The position numbers and the translations under genes are program-made. A stretch of DNA of 38,860 bases from a virus (lineage: Duplodnaviria; Heunggongvirae; Uroviricota; Caudoviricetes): the IMG/VR virus record IMGVR_UViG_2713896899_000004, one strand, 5' to 3'. Within the stretch, counting starts at the first letter, position 1; every line of letters starts with the position of its first letter. Below the pieces are notes generated by a model, which did not search any database, was not told where the DNA came from, and saw only the letters and a program-made list of their open reading frames with translations. Below, in pieces: positions 16,797-26,656 of the stretch.

Positions 16797-17900
16797 ATGA
16801 AAAATAGCTTTGACAGAGCGCGCGCTGCGGAGAACACCTCAAAAGAGGCGATTGAGTATCTCGAAAGAGCATCTCAAATGCAGGCCGTTATGATCTCGCA
16901 GGTTAGCAATGACATGAGATTCTCGGACGCTTTCATGTTATTCACTCGCTTATCTCTGCTGATAACCAGACGTCGGCCAGAGATCGCTGTTCATTGTATT
17001 TTGATACATGTTTTGCCGCACATTGCCGATGTAAAAGTAAGTGACATTAATAGGTTCATGGTGAACCAGCTGGTCAACCCACTAATACTGGATGGCAAAA
17101 TTGTTATGGGCCGCCGCGTTTTCTCTCTGATGAAGCAGTTCCTTAGCTGGTGCGCCTTCCAGGGGATGATAGACGTGTCACCGTTAAACGATATGTCACT
17201 AAACAAAGTTGCCGGTGGCGCAAAGCCCACACCTCGCGAGCGGAAGCTGACCGACGCAGAGGTATGGGTGTTCTGGAATATATGGGACTACTTCAATGTG
17301 TGCGCTGGTACAAAATGGGCGGCCAGGCTGTGTCTTGTATCAGCAAGACGACCTGACGAAGTACTGCGGGCTAAAAAAAGTGAGTTCAATCTTAAGCGTG
17401 GAGTTTGGAATCAAGGCAAGAGAAACAAGTCAGCACGTGAGCATTCGCTGCCTTTAAGCACATTAATGCGCACATGCATTGAAGAGTTGTTCGAATACGG
17501 TAAAGACAGCCAGTGGCTCGTGCCTTCGAATAAAAAAATCGGGAAAGACCTTCCTATGTCTAAAGTGGCAATAGCCCAGGCATTACGTCGTATTCTGGAA
17601 CGACCAGAACTGATGGAGCTTGAGCCATTTACACCCCGAGATTTGCGCCGTACTGCGCGTAGTTACTTCCCAGCATTAGGCATAAGCCAGGAGGTATCAC
17701 GCAAAATCATGAACCACAGTCTTGAGGGGATAGATCGGGTATACGATCGACACGATTATATGGATGAGATGCGAGACGCCTTAGAAAGTTTCTCGACGTA
17801 CATCGCATCAATCGTAGAGCAACCGGATTTAGACGAAATTGACCACAAATTCAAGGGAGATCGTCTATCGACAGAGCTTATTCGTGTAAATTTTTCATAG
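16797..17900 (+). CDS. Tyrosine recombinase / integrase (P4-like C-terminal catalytic region)
   Basis: C-terminal FTPRDLRRTARS ... NHSLEG ... VYDRHDYMDEMR matches the Arg/His/Tyr catalytic pattern of P4-type integrases; N-terminus atypical. Confidence 0.65.
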   Translation: MKNSFDRARAAENTSKEAIEYLERASQMQAVMISQVSNDMRFSDAFMLFTRLSLLITRRRPEIAVHCILIHVLPHIADVKVSDINRFMVNQLVNPLILDGKIVMGRRVFSLMKQFLSWCAFQGMIDVSPLNDMSLNKVAGGAKPTPRERKLTDAEVWVFWNIWDYFNVCAGTKWAARLCLVSARRPDEVLRAKKSEFNLKRGVWNQGKRNKSAREHSLPLSTLMRTCIEELFEYGKDSQWLVPSNKKIGKDLPMSKVAIAQALRRILERPELMELEPFTPRDLRRTARSYFPALGISQEVSRKIMNHSLEGIDRVYDRHDYMDEMRDALESFSTYIASIVEQPDLDEIDHKFKGDRLSTELIRVNFS

Positions 17901-18281
17901 AGACTTTATGGCCTCAACAACCTTTTGTGATGCGCCTTTCTCTTTACCGAATCGCTCGTTATATGCAGCAAGAACCTGTTTTTCGTCCTCGTTAAGAGGA
18001 GCGGTGCCTTCTTTGTATAAAAATGCTGCGAGTTCAGGTTGGCGTTCTTCCAGCACCATCATCATAAGACGACTTGGCTCAATACCCAGCGCCAGCGCCA
18101 ACGGACGAACCTTATCGATAGGCAAAGGAATTTTGCCACTTTTAATTAAAGAAAGGTTGTTGGCATTTTTATAACCAATAAGTCTGGCTATTTGGGCCTG
18201 ACTCATAGGTGAGGATTCAATCAGCCCTGCGATAAAAGCAGCATAGCGACTTTCTATAAATTCAATCTTGTTGTCAGACAT
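17895..18281 (-). CDS. HTH (XRE/Cro-CI type) transcriptional regulator, candidate repressor
   Basis: N-terminal MSQAQIARLIGYKNANNLSLIKSG helix-turn-helix; divergent from downstream plus-strand genes; no protease domain (128 aa). Confidence 0.6.
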   Translation of the reverse strand: MSDNKIEFIESRYAAFIAGLIESSPMSQAQIARLIGYKNANNLSLIKSGKIPLPIDKVRPLALALGIEPSRLMMMVLEERQPELAAFLYKEGTAPLNEDEKQVLAAYNERFGKEKGASQKVVEAIKSL

Positions 18282-18532
18282 TGTTACAACCTTTGCGCGT
18301 TTAATTCTCTATGGTAAGTGCTTACCGATATTACATCAAAGGTTAGGGTTGTAAAGCTATTATCATTTTTTTCGGCAGGCACTTGTAAGACCGAGCAAAG
18401 GTCCATGCATGGAGAAAAACTAGCCCAAAATAGGTAAGAAAATTAACTTGCATCTGATATAGATGTATTCAGTATTGATACAAATTTTAGTAGTATTCCT
18501 TACCATAGTATAAGTTAGAATGGATTGATTGA
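18282..18532. promoter_or_regulatory. Divergent control region between repressor and plus-strand operon, with GGTAAG/CTTACC dyads
   Basis: 251-bp intergenic region containing palindrome ggtaag-tg-cttacc (18314-18327) and further ggtaag / ataagtta half-sites. Confidence 0.45.
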
Positions 18533-18745
18533 ATGAAAACCACTATTTCCAGCCTAATCGCTCTTGAGATCGGACACGTACAGAAATTAGCTGATGAGTG
18601 TGTAGCTGACATCCTCACCGATCTACCGAATGAGCAGATTCAGGTTGGTGTGAATGACACAACTGGCTTTATATTCGAACTTAACAACAAACGCTTCACG
18701 CTTCTCAATACCGGCTCCGGGTCTTTAGCCGTCAGAATCTGTTAA
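18533..18745 (+). CDS. Hypothetical small protein (possible Cro-like partner by position)
   Basis: 70-aa ORF divergent from the HTH regulator; weak RBS. Confidence 0.35.
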   Translation: MKTTISSLIALEIGHVQKLADECVADILTDLPNEQIQVGVNDTTGFIFELNNKRFTLLNTGSGSLAVRIC

Positions 18746-18843
18746 CCCCTCTTCTCCCTGCGCGAATGGCTTAGTTCCCTGTTCGCGCAGTGCTACATTA
18801 AACACACTAGTAAATAATTTGTTTTCATAACAAAGGATTAGCC

Positions 18844-20952
18844 ATGTCTAAAAAACGTTCCATCAAAGAGGTTCAGGACTTCCGTGACAGTGTAAAACGA
18901 GTAGTCGCTCTCCTTTCAGGTAAAAACATCCCTGTTGCAGAACGAGGGGACGACGCTTATGTACGCTATAACGATGATGGAGAGCCAATTCTCGTAAACA
19001 TCCCATCAATCCCGGATAACGCAACACCGGCATTGATGAATGCTGTGCGCGGATTTCTCGATCATGAGGTTGCTCACATTTTGTTTACCGATATTCGTGT
19101 GTCCAACAAAATGAGAGAAAAAGGACGCGTTCCTTCCTGGTCGCTATGGAATGCCTTAGAAGACGTGTTCATCGAGCGAAAAATGGGGCAGGTCTTTAAC
19201 GGAACAAGACGTAATCTGATGGCAACTCAGCGCCTTATAATCGAAAAAGTCTTTAAACCAAAGGCTTCAGAGGCTATTGCTTATTGTGGCAAAGATCAGC
19301 GCGCGCTTTTTCTAAACTTCTTTCTCTGTCCGGTTGTAAGAGCCTGGGATGGCCAAGCACCGTTCGTAGATTTCATGGATGAATATTGGCCTGTCATTGA
19401 GAAACCAATTTCATTATTAAAAGAACATGGTATCGATGTGGCCGTGCGTAACATGTCTTGCACCGAGGATTGTGTAAAGGTGGCTGCGACCATAGCTAAG
19501 CTCCTCAAAGACACTGAAAGTGAAAGCAAAGGTAAGGAGTCAGCTCCGGGAAAAACTTCTGATCCTTCAGACGCTGACCAGACGGATGCCTCTGGAGAAA
19601 ACAATGAAGACAACGAAGATCATGAGACACCCTCAGAGATAGATAATCACAAATCTATCAAATCAGAATCACATAGTAAGCACAAGCATGATAATAACGA
19701 CAGTGATGATTCAGATAATTCTGAATCATCAGAAACAATATTCGATGATACAGAAAATGATAAAGAGGTATCAGATTCTGATGCTTCTGATAACGCGGCG
19801 TCAGAATCATTAACCGCTGACCACGAAAAAAGAAAAACGACAGAAGACGGCTCTTCAGATATTCCAACTCCGTCAAAAATGAGTCTGGAAGAGGCTTTAG
19901 AGGAGCTGGATAGCATAGAAGATGAAGTCGGAGGCATGACAGAAGATGCTCTATCCGAAACGATTAAAAGCGAGTTAACAGAAAGCTCGAAAAGCGAATA
20001 CAGGCCATACAATCGCTCATACGACTTCATCGGCTCGATTGATCAGGCAGAAGCCCATATCAAACGGCTTATTAAAACATTCTCCGATATTGATTTAGGA
20101 GGATATCCAATCAGCCGCTATCGCATCGTTCCTGAAGGCAACCAGCTCTTCGACAAATATATTGAAAAGCATCTTTCGTCAGGTGTTTCGTCGACGCTAG
20201 CAAAAGACCTGGAACGTGCAATAGCAAGCAGAAACAGAGTTCAGTTTATACCGGGCCAGCGTCGGGGGCGCATTCATGGCTCTAGTATCTACAGATTAGC
20301 AATGAATGATGATCGCGTGTTTCGTAAAAAAGAGGAATCTAAAGCCGTTAACGCCTGTGTTCAACAAGTGATTGATTTATCGGGTTCAATGAGTGGCGAA
20401 ACGATAAAACTAGCTCTTGCAAGTGCATATACCATCGCCGATGCTCTTGATCGAATAAATGTTCCCAACATTATCACCGGCTTCACTACATTTGGCAGTC
20501 ATCTGGCAGCGATAGAACTTAAGGCTATCAAGTATGAGTTCTCTCGCTTTGAATCTTTAATGCTACCTATCATCAAAAATTGGAATGAAAAAGCAAATTC
20601 TCGCGAAGTTCGCTCACGTATGGGGTGCGTAGGCTACACATTCCCACTTCTTAATAACGTGGATGGTGAAAGCATAGCCAGCCTTGCATCGTTATTTTCC
20701 GGTCGCATGGAGGACAGGAAGATCATGCTTGTTCTGAGCGATGGCGAGCCGCTGGCTGTTGGGAGAGGTTTTGACGCTCATTTGCGTTCGGTTGCGAAGC
20801 AAATTGAAACGCAGACTGACATTGATTTGATGGCAATTGGCATAATGACTGACGCACCGGAGAGATTTTACTCAAATCATGCCCTGGTAACGAGCGTTGA
20901 TAGTCTTGGTTCATCTGTAGTTACTGAACTATCTCGTATCATTTTGAAGTGA
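18844..20952 (+). CDS. von Willebrand factor A (vWA) domain protein with acidic Ser/Asp-rich linker (CobT-like)
   Basis: MIDAS motif DLSGSMSGE and downstream VLSDGEP; long acidic low-complexity segment in the middle; RBS aaaggatt upstream. Confidence 0.6.
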   Translation: MSKKRSIKEVQDFRDSVKRVVALLSGKNIPVAERGDDAYVRYNDDGEPILVNIPSIPDNATPALMNAVRGFLDHEVAHILFTDIRVSNKMREKGRVPSWSLWNALEDVFIERKMGQVFNGTRRNLMATQRLIIEKVFKPKASEAIAYCGKDQRALFLNFFLCPVVRAWDGQAPFVDFMDEYWPVIEKPISLLKEHGIDVAVRNMSCTEDCVKVAATIAKLLKDTESESKGKESAPGKTSDPSDADQTDASGENNEDNEDHETPSEIDNHKSIKSESHSKHKHDNNDSDDSDNSESSETIFDDTENDKEVSDSDASDNAASESLTADHEKRKTTEDGSSDIPTPSKMSLEEALEELDSIEDEVGGMTEDALSETIKSELTESSKSEYRPYNRSYDFIGSIDQAEAHIKRLIKTFSDIDLGGYPISRYRIVPEGNQLFDKYIEKHLSSGVSSTLAKDLERAIASRNRVQFIPGQRRGRIHGSSIYRLAMNDDRVFRKKEESKAVNACVQQVIDLSGSMSGETIKLALASAYTIADALDRINVPNIITGFTTFGSHLAAIELKAIKYEFSRFESLMLPIIKNWNEKANSREVRSRMGCVGYTFPLLNNVDGESIASLASLFSGRMEDRKIMLVLSDGEPLAVGRGFDAHLRSVAKQIETQTDIDLMAIGIMTDAPERFYSNHALVTSVDSLGSSVVTELSRIILK

Positions 20953-20967
20953 ATAAAACAGCCTTAA

Positions 20968-20986
20968 CGATAAGTAACTACTTATG
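20968..20986. promoter_or_regulatory. Dyad gataagta-ac-tacttat upstream of the AAA+ ATPase gene
   Basis: 7-bp arms ataagta / tacttat are exact reverse complements. Confidence 0.45.
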
Positions 20987-21047
20987 ATGGTTAATGATAT
21001 ATTTATATAAGAAGTTGAACGCTCATTAGAGAACAAAGGAAAAACGC

Positions 21048-22283
21048 ATGACTACTACTGCACTGCAAAATGAAAAAAATCCTTCTGATTACCTTGTTTG
21101 CAAGTGGTGCGGAAAATCATTTCACTATTTTAAGTCCCATGTAGCCTATGGTAATTGCGAGGGCATTCCTGAGTCGGTAAAAGATGCCGATCCTGACACC
21201 GTACTGAAAATGTACACAACGCAGTTTCCAGATGAACCAACGCTATCGAAAAAGGCACTTGATGCAATTCAAGCTAAACGTGCCGAGCAAAAAAGCGAAA
21301 TGGCCAAATCTTCTGGTGTGACCAGTAGCCCAGGCTACATAGGCACAGTTGAGTACAAGACAGATCTGGTCGCAGCTCACGAACTGCTAGACGTAACGGT
21401 GGAAGAACTCGGAACAAAACGTGGGACGCCGCTCATGGTTAGCGTCAACGTCAATACGCCGTTTCCAGAGTTCGTTCCTGAAGTGAAGAAGGGCTACGTA
21501 TATGGCGACTTCGAACTGATCAAAGACATTTTCATGATGCTTGAACTTGGCATACCAGGCTATTTGTGGGGACATGCAGGAACAGGCAAATCGTCATTGC
21601 CTACACAGCTATGTGCTTTGCTCAATCGTCCGTTGATCCGTGCCCAACATACAGCATCAATGGAAGAAGCTCATGTTACGGGTCAAATTCTGGCGCGTGA
21701 TGGCTCTACGTATTTCGAGCCAGGCTTGCTTGCGCTCGCAATGAAGCATGGCTGGGTTTACCTCGCGGATGAATACGACTTTGCGTTTCCACAAATTCTT
21801 GGCGTGTATCAGCCAGTGCTGGAAGGTGAAGCGTTGGTCATCAAAGAGGCGACACCAGAATGGCGTCGCATTACTCCGCATAAACGGTTTGCTTTTATTG
21901 GCACTGGCAACACGAACGGATCTGGTGATGAAACCGGCTTGTACCAGGGTACAAACATCCAGAACGCCGCGAACTTTTCGCGTTTTGGCATCGTTTCGAA
22001 TGTGAAATACATGAGCAAAGAGGCAGAGATCAACATGTTGATAAATGCCGGCATTGTGGATGAGTACGCTGAAAAGATGGTTAAGTTTGCCGGTATCGTT
22101 CGCGATGGTTACGAAGAACACAATATCAGCCAACCGATTGGGCCTCGTGAGCTTTTGTTGTCGGCCAAGATTGGAATGATGCGAGGCGACTTTGTGACAG
22201 GTATTGAGCGTTCTTTCATTAACAAACTCCCTTCAGCTTCTGCGCAAGCGGCACGTGAAGTTGTTCAAAAAATATTTGGTTAA
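21048..22283 (+). CDS. AAA+ ATPase (MoxR/CobS-like) with N-terminal Cys/His zinc-finger-like motif
   Basis: Walker A GHAGTGKSS, Walker B VYLADEYDFA; N-terminal CKWCGKSFHYFKSH...C; paired with the upstream vWA protein. Confidence 0.6.
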   Translation: MTTTALQNEKNPSDYLVCKWCGKSFHYFKSHVAYGNCEGIPESVKDADPDTVLKMYTTQFPDEPTLSKKALDAIQAKRAEQKSEMAKSSGVTSSPGYIGTVEYKTDLVAAHELLDVTVEELGTKRGTPLMVSVNVNTPFPEFVPEVKKGYVYGDFELIKDIFMMLELGIPGYLWGHAGTGKSSLPTQLCALLNRPLIRAQHTASMEEAHVTGQILARDGSTYFEPGLLALAMKHGWVYLADEYDFAFPQILGVYQPVLEGEALVIKEATPEWRRITPHKRFAFIGTGNTNGSGDETGLYQGTNIQNAANFSRFGIVSNVKYMSKEAEINMLINAGIVDEYAEKMVKFAGIVRDGYEEHNISQPIGPRELLLSAKIGMMRGDFVTGIERSFINKLPSASAQAAREVVQKIFG

Positions 22284-22463
22284 TCGTGCGTAAAGGATGT
22301 TTCGGCTCTCTTATCGCTGCTTCTGAAACTGGTAAGGCTTGTCTGGTGTGCCCAGACAAGCCCGATTGTCACCAATCAGCAAAAGAAGTTGCGATTTCGA
22401 TGCACGGGAAGTTCGTAGGCTTCCCAAATGACAAAATCAAAAAAACCAGAAAGGTAAAAACAC

Positions 22464-25400
22464 ATGAAGGCACTGATGGTTCGAACTGACTTCTCACTTG
22501 GGGAGTCGGCTCTAAAAGCAGAAAACGCGGTGAAGATTGCCAGAGAAGCTGGCTACACCGCTGTAATTTCAGCAGATAGCATGAATATTGCGAGTGTTAT
22601 TCCACTACAACGTGCCGCTGGTGACGACATGGCGGTTATTTGTGGTGTGAAACTAAACATCGTTGATGATCCCACATACGAGCACCGGGCTAAACTTGCT
22701 AAAGAATCTAAGGGATGTATGGAATCATTAGAGCGAGGACGTAACTACTCGTTTACCGCTCTAATTAAAAATGAGCAAGGATATCGCGACATCTGCGAAC
22801 TAATGACGGTGGCCAACACACGAGAACAGTTCTACTTTGTACCGCGTCTCTCGCTCGAACAGTTGGTTTCTACATATGCCAAAGGCAACATCATCCTGCT
22901 CACTTCCGACATCGGTAGCGTGTTCCAACGCAACGATTTTGCAAAAATCATAAGCACACTGATTACAGCGGGTGGAAAAGACAACTTCTATAGTGTGGTT
23001 TATCCGCACCCTACCCCATTCTACGACCAGATTAACGTCCGGGCGATGAAAGTCGCCAGCGCACTGAAAATAGAGCCAGTAGCGTTCTATCCCGCTTATT
23101 ACGAATCGATCGACGATGCAGACATTAAAGACATTGCGCACATGGTTACGAACAACATCAAAATCGACCAGCCGCATCGTCTGCGTATCCCCCACCAGCG
23201 AGATAACGCCGTCAATGGTCGCCGCCATCTCCTTGAGGCGCTGAAAGCCTTCTCCGTTCGCATGGATGTGCCGGTAACAGCTGCAATGGCCTCAACAACG
23301 CAGGATACCATTATCGATGCCTGCACATGGCGCTGGCATGAATTGCCACCAGCACTGCCAAAGATGGCAGACGACGAGCCTGCAACGCTGATGAAACTGG
23401 CCGTTGCTGGGCTGCGTAAACGTCTTACCACAAAAGAGTTTGGCTACACACCACCGGCTTCTGAGAACAGGATTTATGTTGAACGGCTTAAGTACGAAAT
23501 GGACACGCTGACTCGCCTGGGATTTTGTGGTTACTTCCTGATGGTACGCGATCTGATGAATCACAGCCGTGAAACTGGCATTCCTGTCGGGCCTGGTCGT
23601 GGTTCCTCTGCCGGTTCTCTGGTGGCGTGGTGCATAGGCATAACCAACGTCGACCCAATCCGTCACGGTCTTCTGTTTGAGCGTTTCATCAACCCTGAGC
23701 GTCTCGACTTGCCGGATGCGGACTTGGACTTCAGCCAGGCACGTCGCCATGAGGTGATCGAGTATCTGAATGAACGCTACGGCGAAGATTACGTTGCAGG
23801 CATTCCGAACTTCACCTACCTGGGCGCAGCCTCTGCACTACGTGACACCGCTCGTATTTATGGTGTGGAGTCCGCAGATATGGCGGTATCAAAAGAACTG
23901 AAGAACGTCGAGGATGATAGCCTTCCATTGGAAGAACTGCGCGAACAACTGGCAAGTCTCGACAAATACGCAACAAAATATCCTGATGCATTCAATGCAG
24001 CCTGCAAGTTACAAAGCCTTATGCGTGGCTTTGGTAGACATGCGGCAGGGATGATCGTAGCAGGTGTTCCTCTGACAGAACGCACACCGGTTGAGCGCCG
24101 TGGTGACGCGCGTTGTATCGCATTTGACAAGCGTTACTGCGAGGCTATGGGCCTAATTAAGCTGGACGTGCTTGGCCTGGCAACTCTCGATTTGCTCGAT
24201 AGTGCAAAACGCTACATAAAAGAGAACACAGGTGAAGATATCAATCTTGATGCCATTTCTCTTGAGGATCGCAAGGTGCTGGATGGTTTTGCTGCTGGGT
24301 ACACTCAAGGTGTTTTCCAGCTTGAATCAGGCCCAATGCGCAAGCTGCTTAAAGATTTAGGTGGTGGAATTGAGCCAATGAGCTTTAAAACGGTTGTTGC
24401 TACGACTGCGCTCTTCCGGCCGGGGCCAATTCAGTCAGGCATGTTGGATGATTATGTTTCTGTCGCCAAAGGCTTTATGACGCCGGAATCATTACACCCC
24501 GTTCTTGATGAACTTACCGCAGAAACAAATGGCGTGATTCTCTATCAGGAACAGACGATGAACGCGACTCGATTGCTTGCTGGCTTCACAATGGCTGAAG
24601 CTGACGGTGTTCGTAAAGCGATCGGCAAAAAAGACATGGAAAAAATGAAGAGCATGGGCGAGAAGTTCATCGTTCAGGCTCAAGCTGGCTGGATAGACGT
24701 TGAGCTGGAAGATGGCACTACACAGCGCATTCACCGTGCGGAACATTTTAAATGCGAAGACGGAACTCTGAAAACTGTCGAAGAGGCACTTGAGTACGGC
24801 GCAAAACTACCTATAAACGCAGTACGCGTTACAGCGTCACATCCAGGGCTATCAGAGATGAAAGCGAAGGAGATCTGGACCGCATTCGAAAAGAATGGTG
24901 CCTACCAGTTCAACAAATCACACTCTGTTGCTTACTCCTTAATCAGTTATCAATCTATGTGGTTGAAAACTCATTATCCCGCAGAGTTTTTCGCTGCTGC
25001 TCTCACTATTCTTGGCGAAGATAAACACCAGGGGCTGGTTAAAGATGCGCTGACCTATGGTATTCGCGTATTGCCACCAGACGTTAACGTGTCATCTAAC
25101 CGAATCGAGATCCGCACGCTTGAAGATGGCAGCCAGGTGCTGTATGCGCCCTTCTCTGCTGTGAAAGGTTGTTCTGAGAATGGCTGCCAGGCCATCATGA
25201 GAGCGCGAGAAAAAGTTGGCGGCAAATTCGAGTCACTGGCGCAATTCGAAGAAGCTGTCGAGAAACGTGCCTGTAATAGTCGAGTGTGCGAATCACTGCA
25301 AAAAGTAGGGGCGTTTGCATCCATCGAGCCAGGTAGTCTGCCAGCAACTGATCCAGAGCGTCTCCGCGACCAAGCTGAATTGATGGGAAACCTTGTCATA

Positions 25401-25982
25401 GACGCAGTTAAAGCCTCACGTCCGTTTGAGATGAACCCCAAACGTTCGGCTGAGATTAACGTGCTCATGACACGGATGGCGGCTGAAATGGGATTAGGTG
25501 ATGAACTAATCCGCCCTAGCATTGGCATTAAGCCGAAAATCATGATCATTCTGGACAATGCAAACGGCAATGATGCTCGAACCGGTTACTTTATGGAGAA
25601 CGGATACGACGATTTTAAGGCCAAGCTGTTGACGGCTGGGGATTTGCGCATGGGCGATCTCTATGTCACAGGCGTTTGCAAAAAGGTGAAAGACAAAGAA
25701 AAGGACTACACCAAAGACGAGATCGGCCAGTTCACCGACTTTATGCGTGAAGAGATCAATCTGGTGCGCCCGACCTATGTGCTGACGTGTGGCAGCCGGG
25801 CAACGGCATTGTTTAACAACAAAAACAAGCCATCCGATTTGGTCGGCAGGAAGGAGTACCTTCCAGACCTTGACGTTACTGTCTTTTACGGGTTTAACCC
25901 CAACATTCTTTACTTCAGACCTGAAGAGGGAGAACGACTAGAAGCGATATTAGCCGACGTAGCAGAAACCATTAAGACGTGA
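22464..25982 (+). CDS. dnaE: DNA polymerase III alpha subunit (family C, DnaE type)
   Basis: 1172 aa; GPGRGSSAGSLVAWCIGITNVDPI ... FERFINPERLDLPDADLDF matches the DnaE palm/catalytic region; PHP-like N-terminus. Confidence 0.8.
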   Translation: MKALMVRTDFSLGESALKAENAVKIAREAGYTAVISADSMNIASVIPLQRAAGDDMAVICGVKLNIVDDPTYEHRAKLAKESKGCMESLERGRNYSFTALIKNEQGYRDICELMTVANTREQFYFVPRLSLEQLVSTYAKGNIILLTSDIGSVFQRNDFAKIISTLITAGGKDNFYSVVYPHPTPFYDQINVRAMKVASALKIEPVAFYPAYYESIDDADIKDIAHMVTNNIKIDQPHRLRIPHQRDNAVNGRRHLLEALKAFSVRMDVPVTAAMASTTQDTIIDACTWRWHELPPALPKMADDEPATLMKLAVAGLRKRLTTKEFGYTPPASENRIYVERLKYEMDTLTRLGFCGYFLMVRDLMNHSRETGIPVGPGRGSSAGSLVAWCIGITNVDPIRHGLLFERFINPERLDLPDADLDFSQARRHEVIEYLNERYGEDYVAGIPNFTYLGAASALRDTARIYGVESADMAVSKELKNVEDDSLPLEELREQLASLDKYATKYPDAFNAACKLQSLMRGFGRHAAGMIVAGVPLTERTPVERRGDARCIAFDKRYCEAMGLIKLDVLGLATLDLLDSAKRYIKENTGEDINLDAISLEDRKVLDGFAAGYTQGVFQLESGPMRKLLKDLGGGIEPMSFKTVVATTALFRPGPIQSGMLDDYVSVAKGFMTPESLHPVLDELTAETNGVILYQEQTMNATRLLAGFTMAEADGVRKAIGKKDMEKMKSMGEKFIVQAQAGWIDVELEDGTTQRIHRAEHFKCEDGTLKTVEEALEYGAKLPINAVRVTASHPGLSEMKAKEIWTAFEKNGAYQFNKSHSVAYSLISYQSMWLKTHYPAEFFAAALTILGEDKHQGLVKDALTYGIRVLPPDVNVSSNRIEIRTLEDGSQVLYAPFSAVKGCSENGCQAIMRAREKVGGKFESLAQFEEAVEKRACNSRVCESLQKVGAFASIEPGSLPATDPERLRDQAELMGNLVIDAVKASRPFEMNPKRSAEINVLMTRMAAEMGLGDELIRPSIGIKPKIMIILDNANGNDARTGYFMENGYDDFKAKLLTAGDLRMGDLYVTGVCKKVKDKEKDYTKDEIGQFTDFMREEINLVRPTYVLTCGSRATALFNNKNKPSDLVGRKEYLPDLDVTVFYGFNPNILYFRPEEGERLEAILADVAETIKT

Positions 25983-25988
25983 TCCCAT

Positions 25989-26014
25989 AAACATGGCCTC
26001 TATGGCCATGTTTT
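25989..26014 (+). terminator. Rho-independent terminator after dnaE
   Basis: Perfect 10-bp stem aaacatggcc / ggccatgttt with loop tctat, followed by TTTT. Confidence 0.6.
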
Positions 26015-26107
26015 CCCTTATCCCCTCATATCCCCTATCCTCGAACTCCTTGCCTTATCATCACAATGATATAATCAATATAAAATGATAAGTAAAAAGG
26101 AAAGCAC

Positions 26108-26539
26108 ATGATCACCGATATTTACGAGAAAATAATGTCTGATCTCGAGTTTGACCGAGACAATCTGGAGGAAGTCTGGCGTAGACAACCCCGCCTTTTA
26201 ATGGAGTATGGCTCAAAACTCGCTCATGCAGAAAGAAGTGTCGCAGAGGCAAAACTTAACCTTGAAGCTGTTGAAGCAAAGCTATACGACACAGAGCGTA
26301 AGAACTTGAGTATGAACGGCATTAAGTTCAACGAGTCTGTACTGGACGCTAAGGTTAAAACAAACCCACAGTATCTGTCTAAACGGCAGAAGTTGGATGA
26401 AGCACGGCACATCGCAGACATATACAAACATGCTGTCGCCGCCTTTTCGCATCGCCGAGACATGATCGTTCAGGCGTCGAAGATGGCCATCGTTGAGTTA
26501 GATCGATTAGGCTCTGAACGCTTTATTACTCCCCGTTGA
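26108..26539 (+). CDS. Hypothetical coiled-coil protein (possible UvsY-like recombination mediator)
   Basis: 143 aa; loose pattern resemblance to T4 UvsY and position beside SSB and recombinase genes; weak. Confidence 0.35.
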   Translation: MITDIYEKIMSDLEFDRDNLEEVWRRQPRLLMEYGSKLAHAERSVAEAKLNLEAVEAKLYDTERKNLSMNGIKFNESVLDAKVKTNPQYLSKRQKLDEARHIADIYKHAVAAFSHRRDMIVQASKMAIVELDRLGSERFITPR

Positions 26540-26544
26540 TTTTT

Positions 26545-26575
26545 GATAGATAATAAGTAAGTACTGATCTATCAT
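26545..26575. promoter_or_regulatory. Dyad tgatagat-aataagtaagtactg-atctatca upstream of the SSB gene
   Basis: 8-bp outer arms are exact reverse complements; inner ataagtaagtact core. Confidence 0.45.
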
Positions 26576-26656
26576 TTAACAGCTCGAAAGAGCCACGAAT
26601 GAACGAAAGCCCAACGCGCATAGCGCCATCGGCCAAATCACAACAAGGAGAAACAC

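Noticed and set aside
16797-17900. Possibility that the tyrosine recombinase is a protelomerase explaining the terminal repeats
   Set aside because: At 367 aa it is far shorter than known protelomerases and its C-terminal motifs match P4-type integrases; the question of end maintenance stays open.
19296-20030. Minus-strand ORFs of 72-127 aa inside the vWA gene
   Set aside because: They overlap the low-complexity acidic Ser/Asp-rich linker on the antisense strand, where long open frames arise by chance.
22286-22489. 67-aa Cys-rich ORF between the AAA+ ATPase and dnaE
   Set aside because: It begins with GTG without a clear RBS and overlaps the well-supported dnaE start by 26 nt; possibly real but not reportable.
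22800-25570. Several 90-171-aa minus-strand ORFs
   Set aside because: All are antisense within dnaE, whose reading frame is continuous and motif-bearing; they are shadow ORFs of a GC-richer gene.
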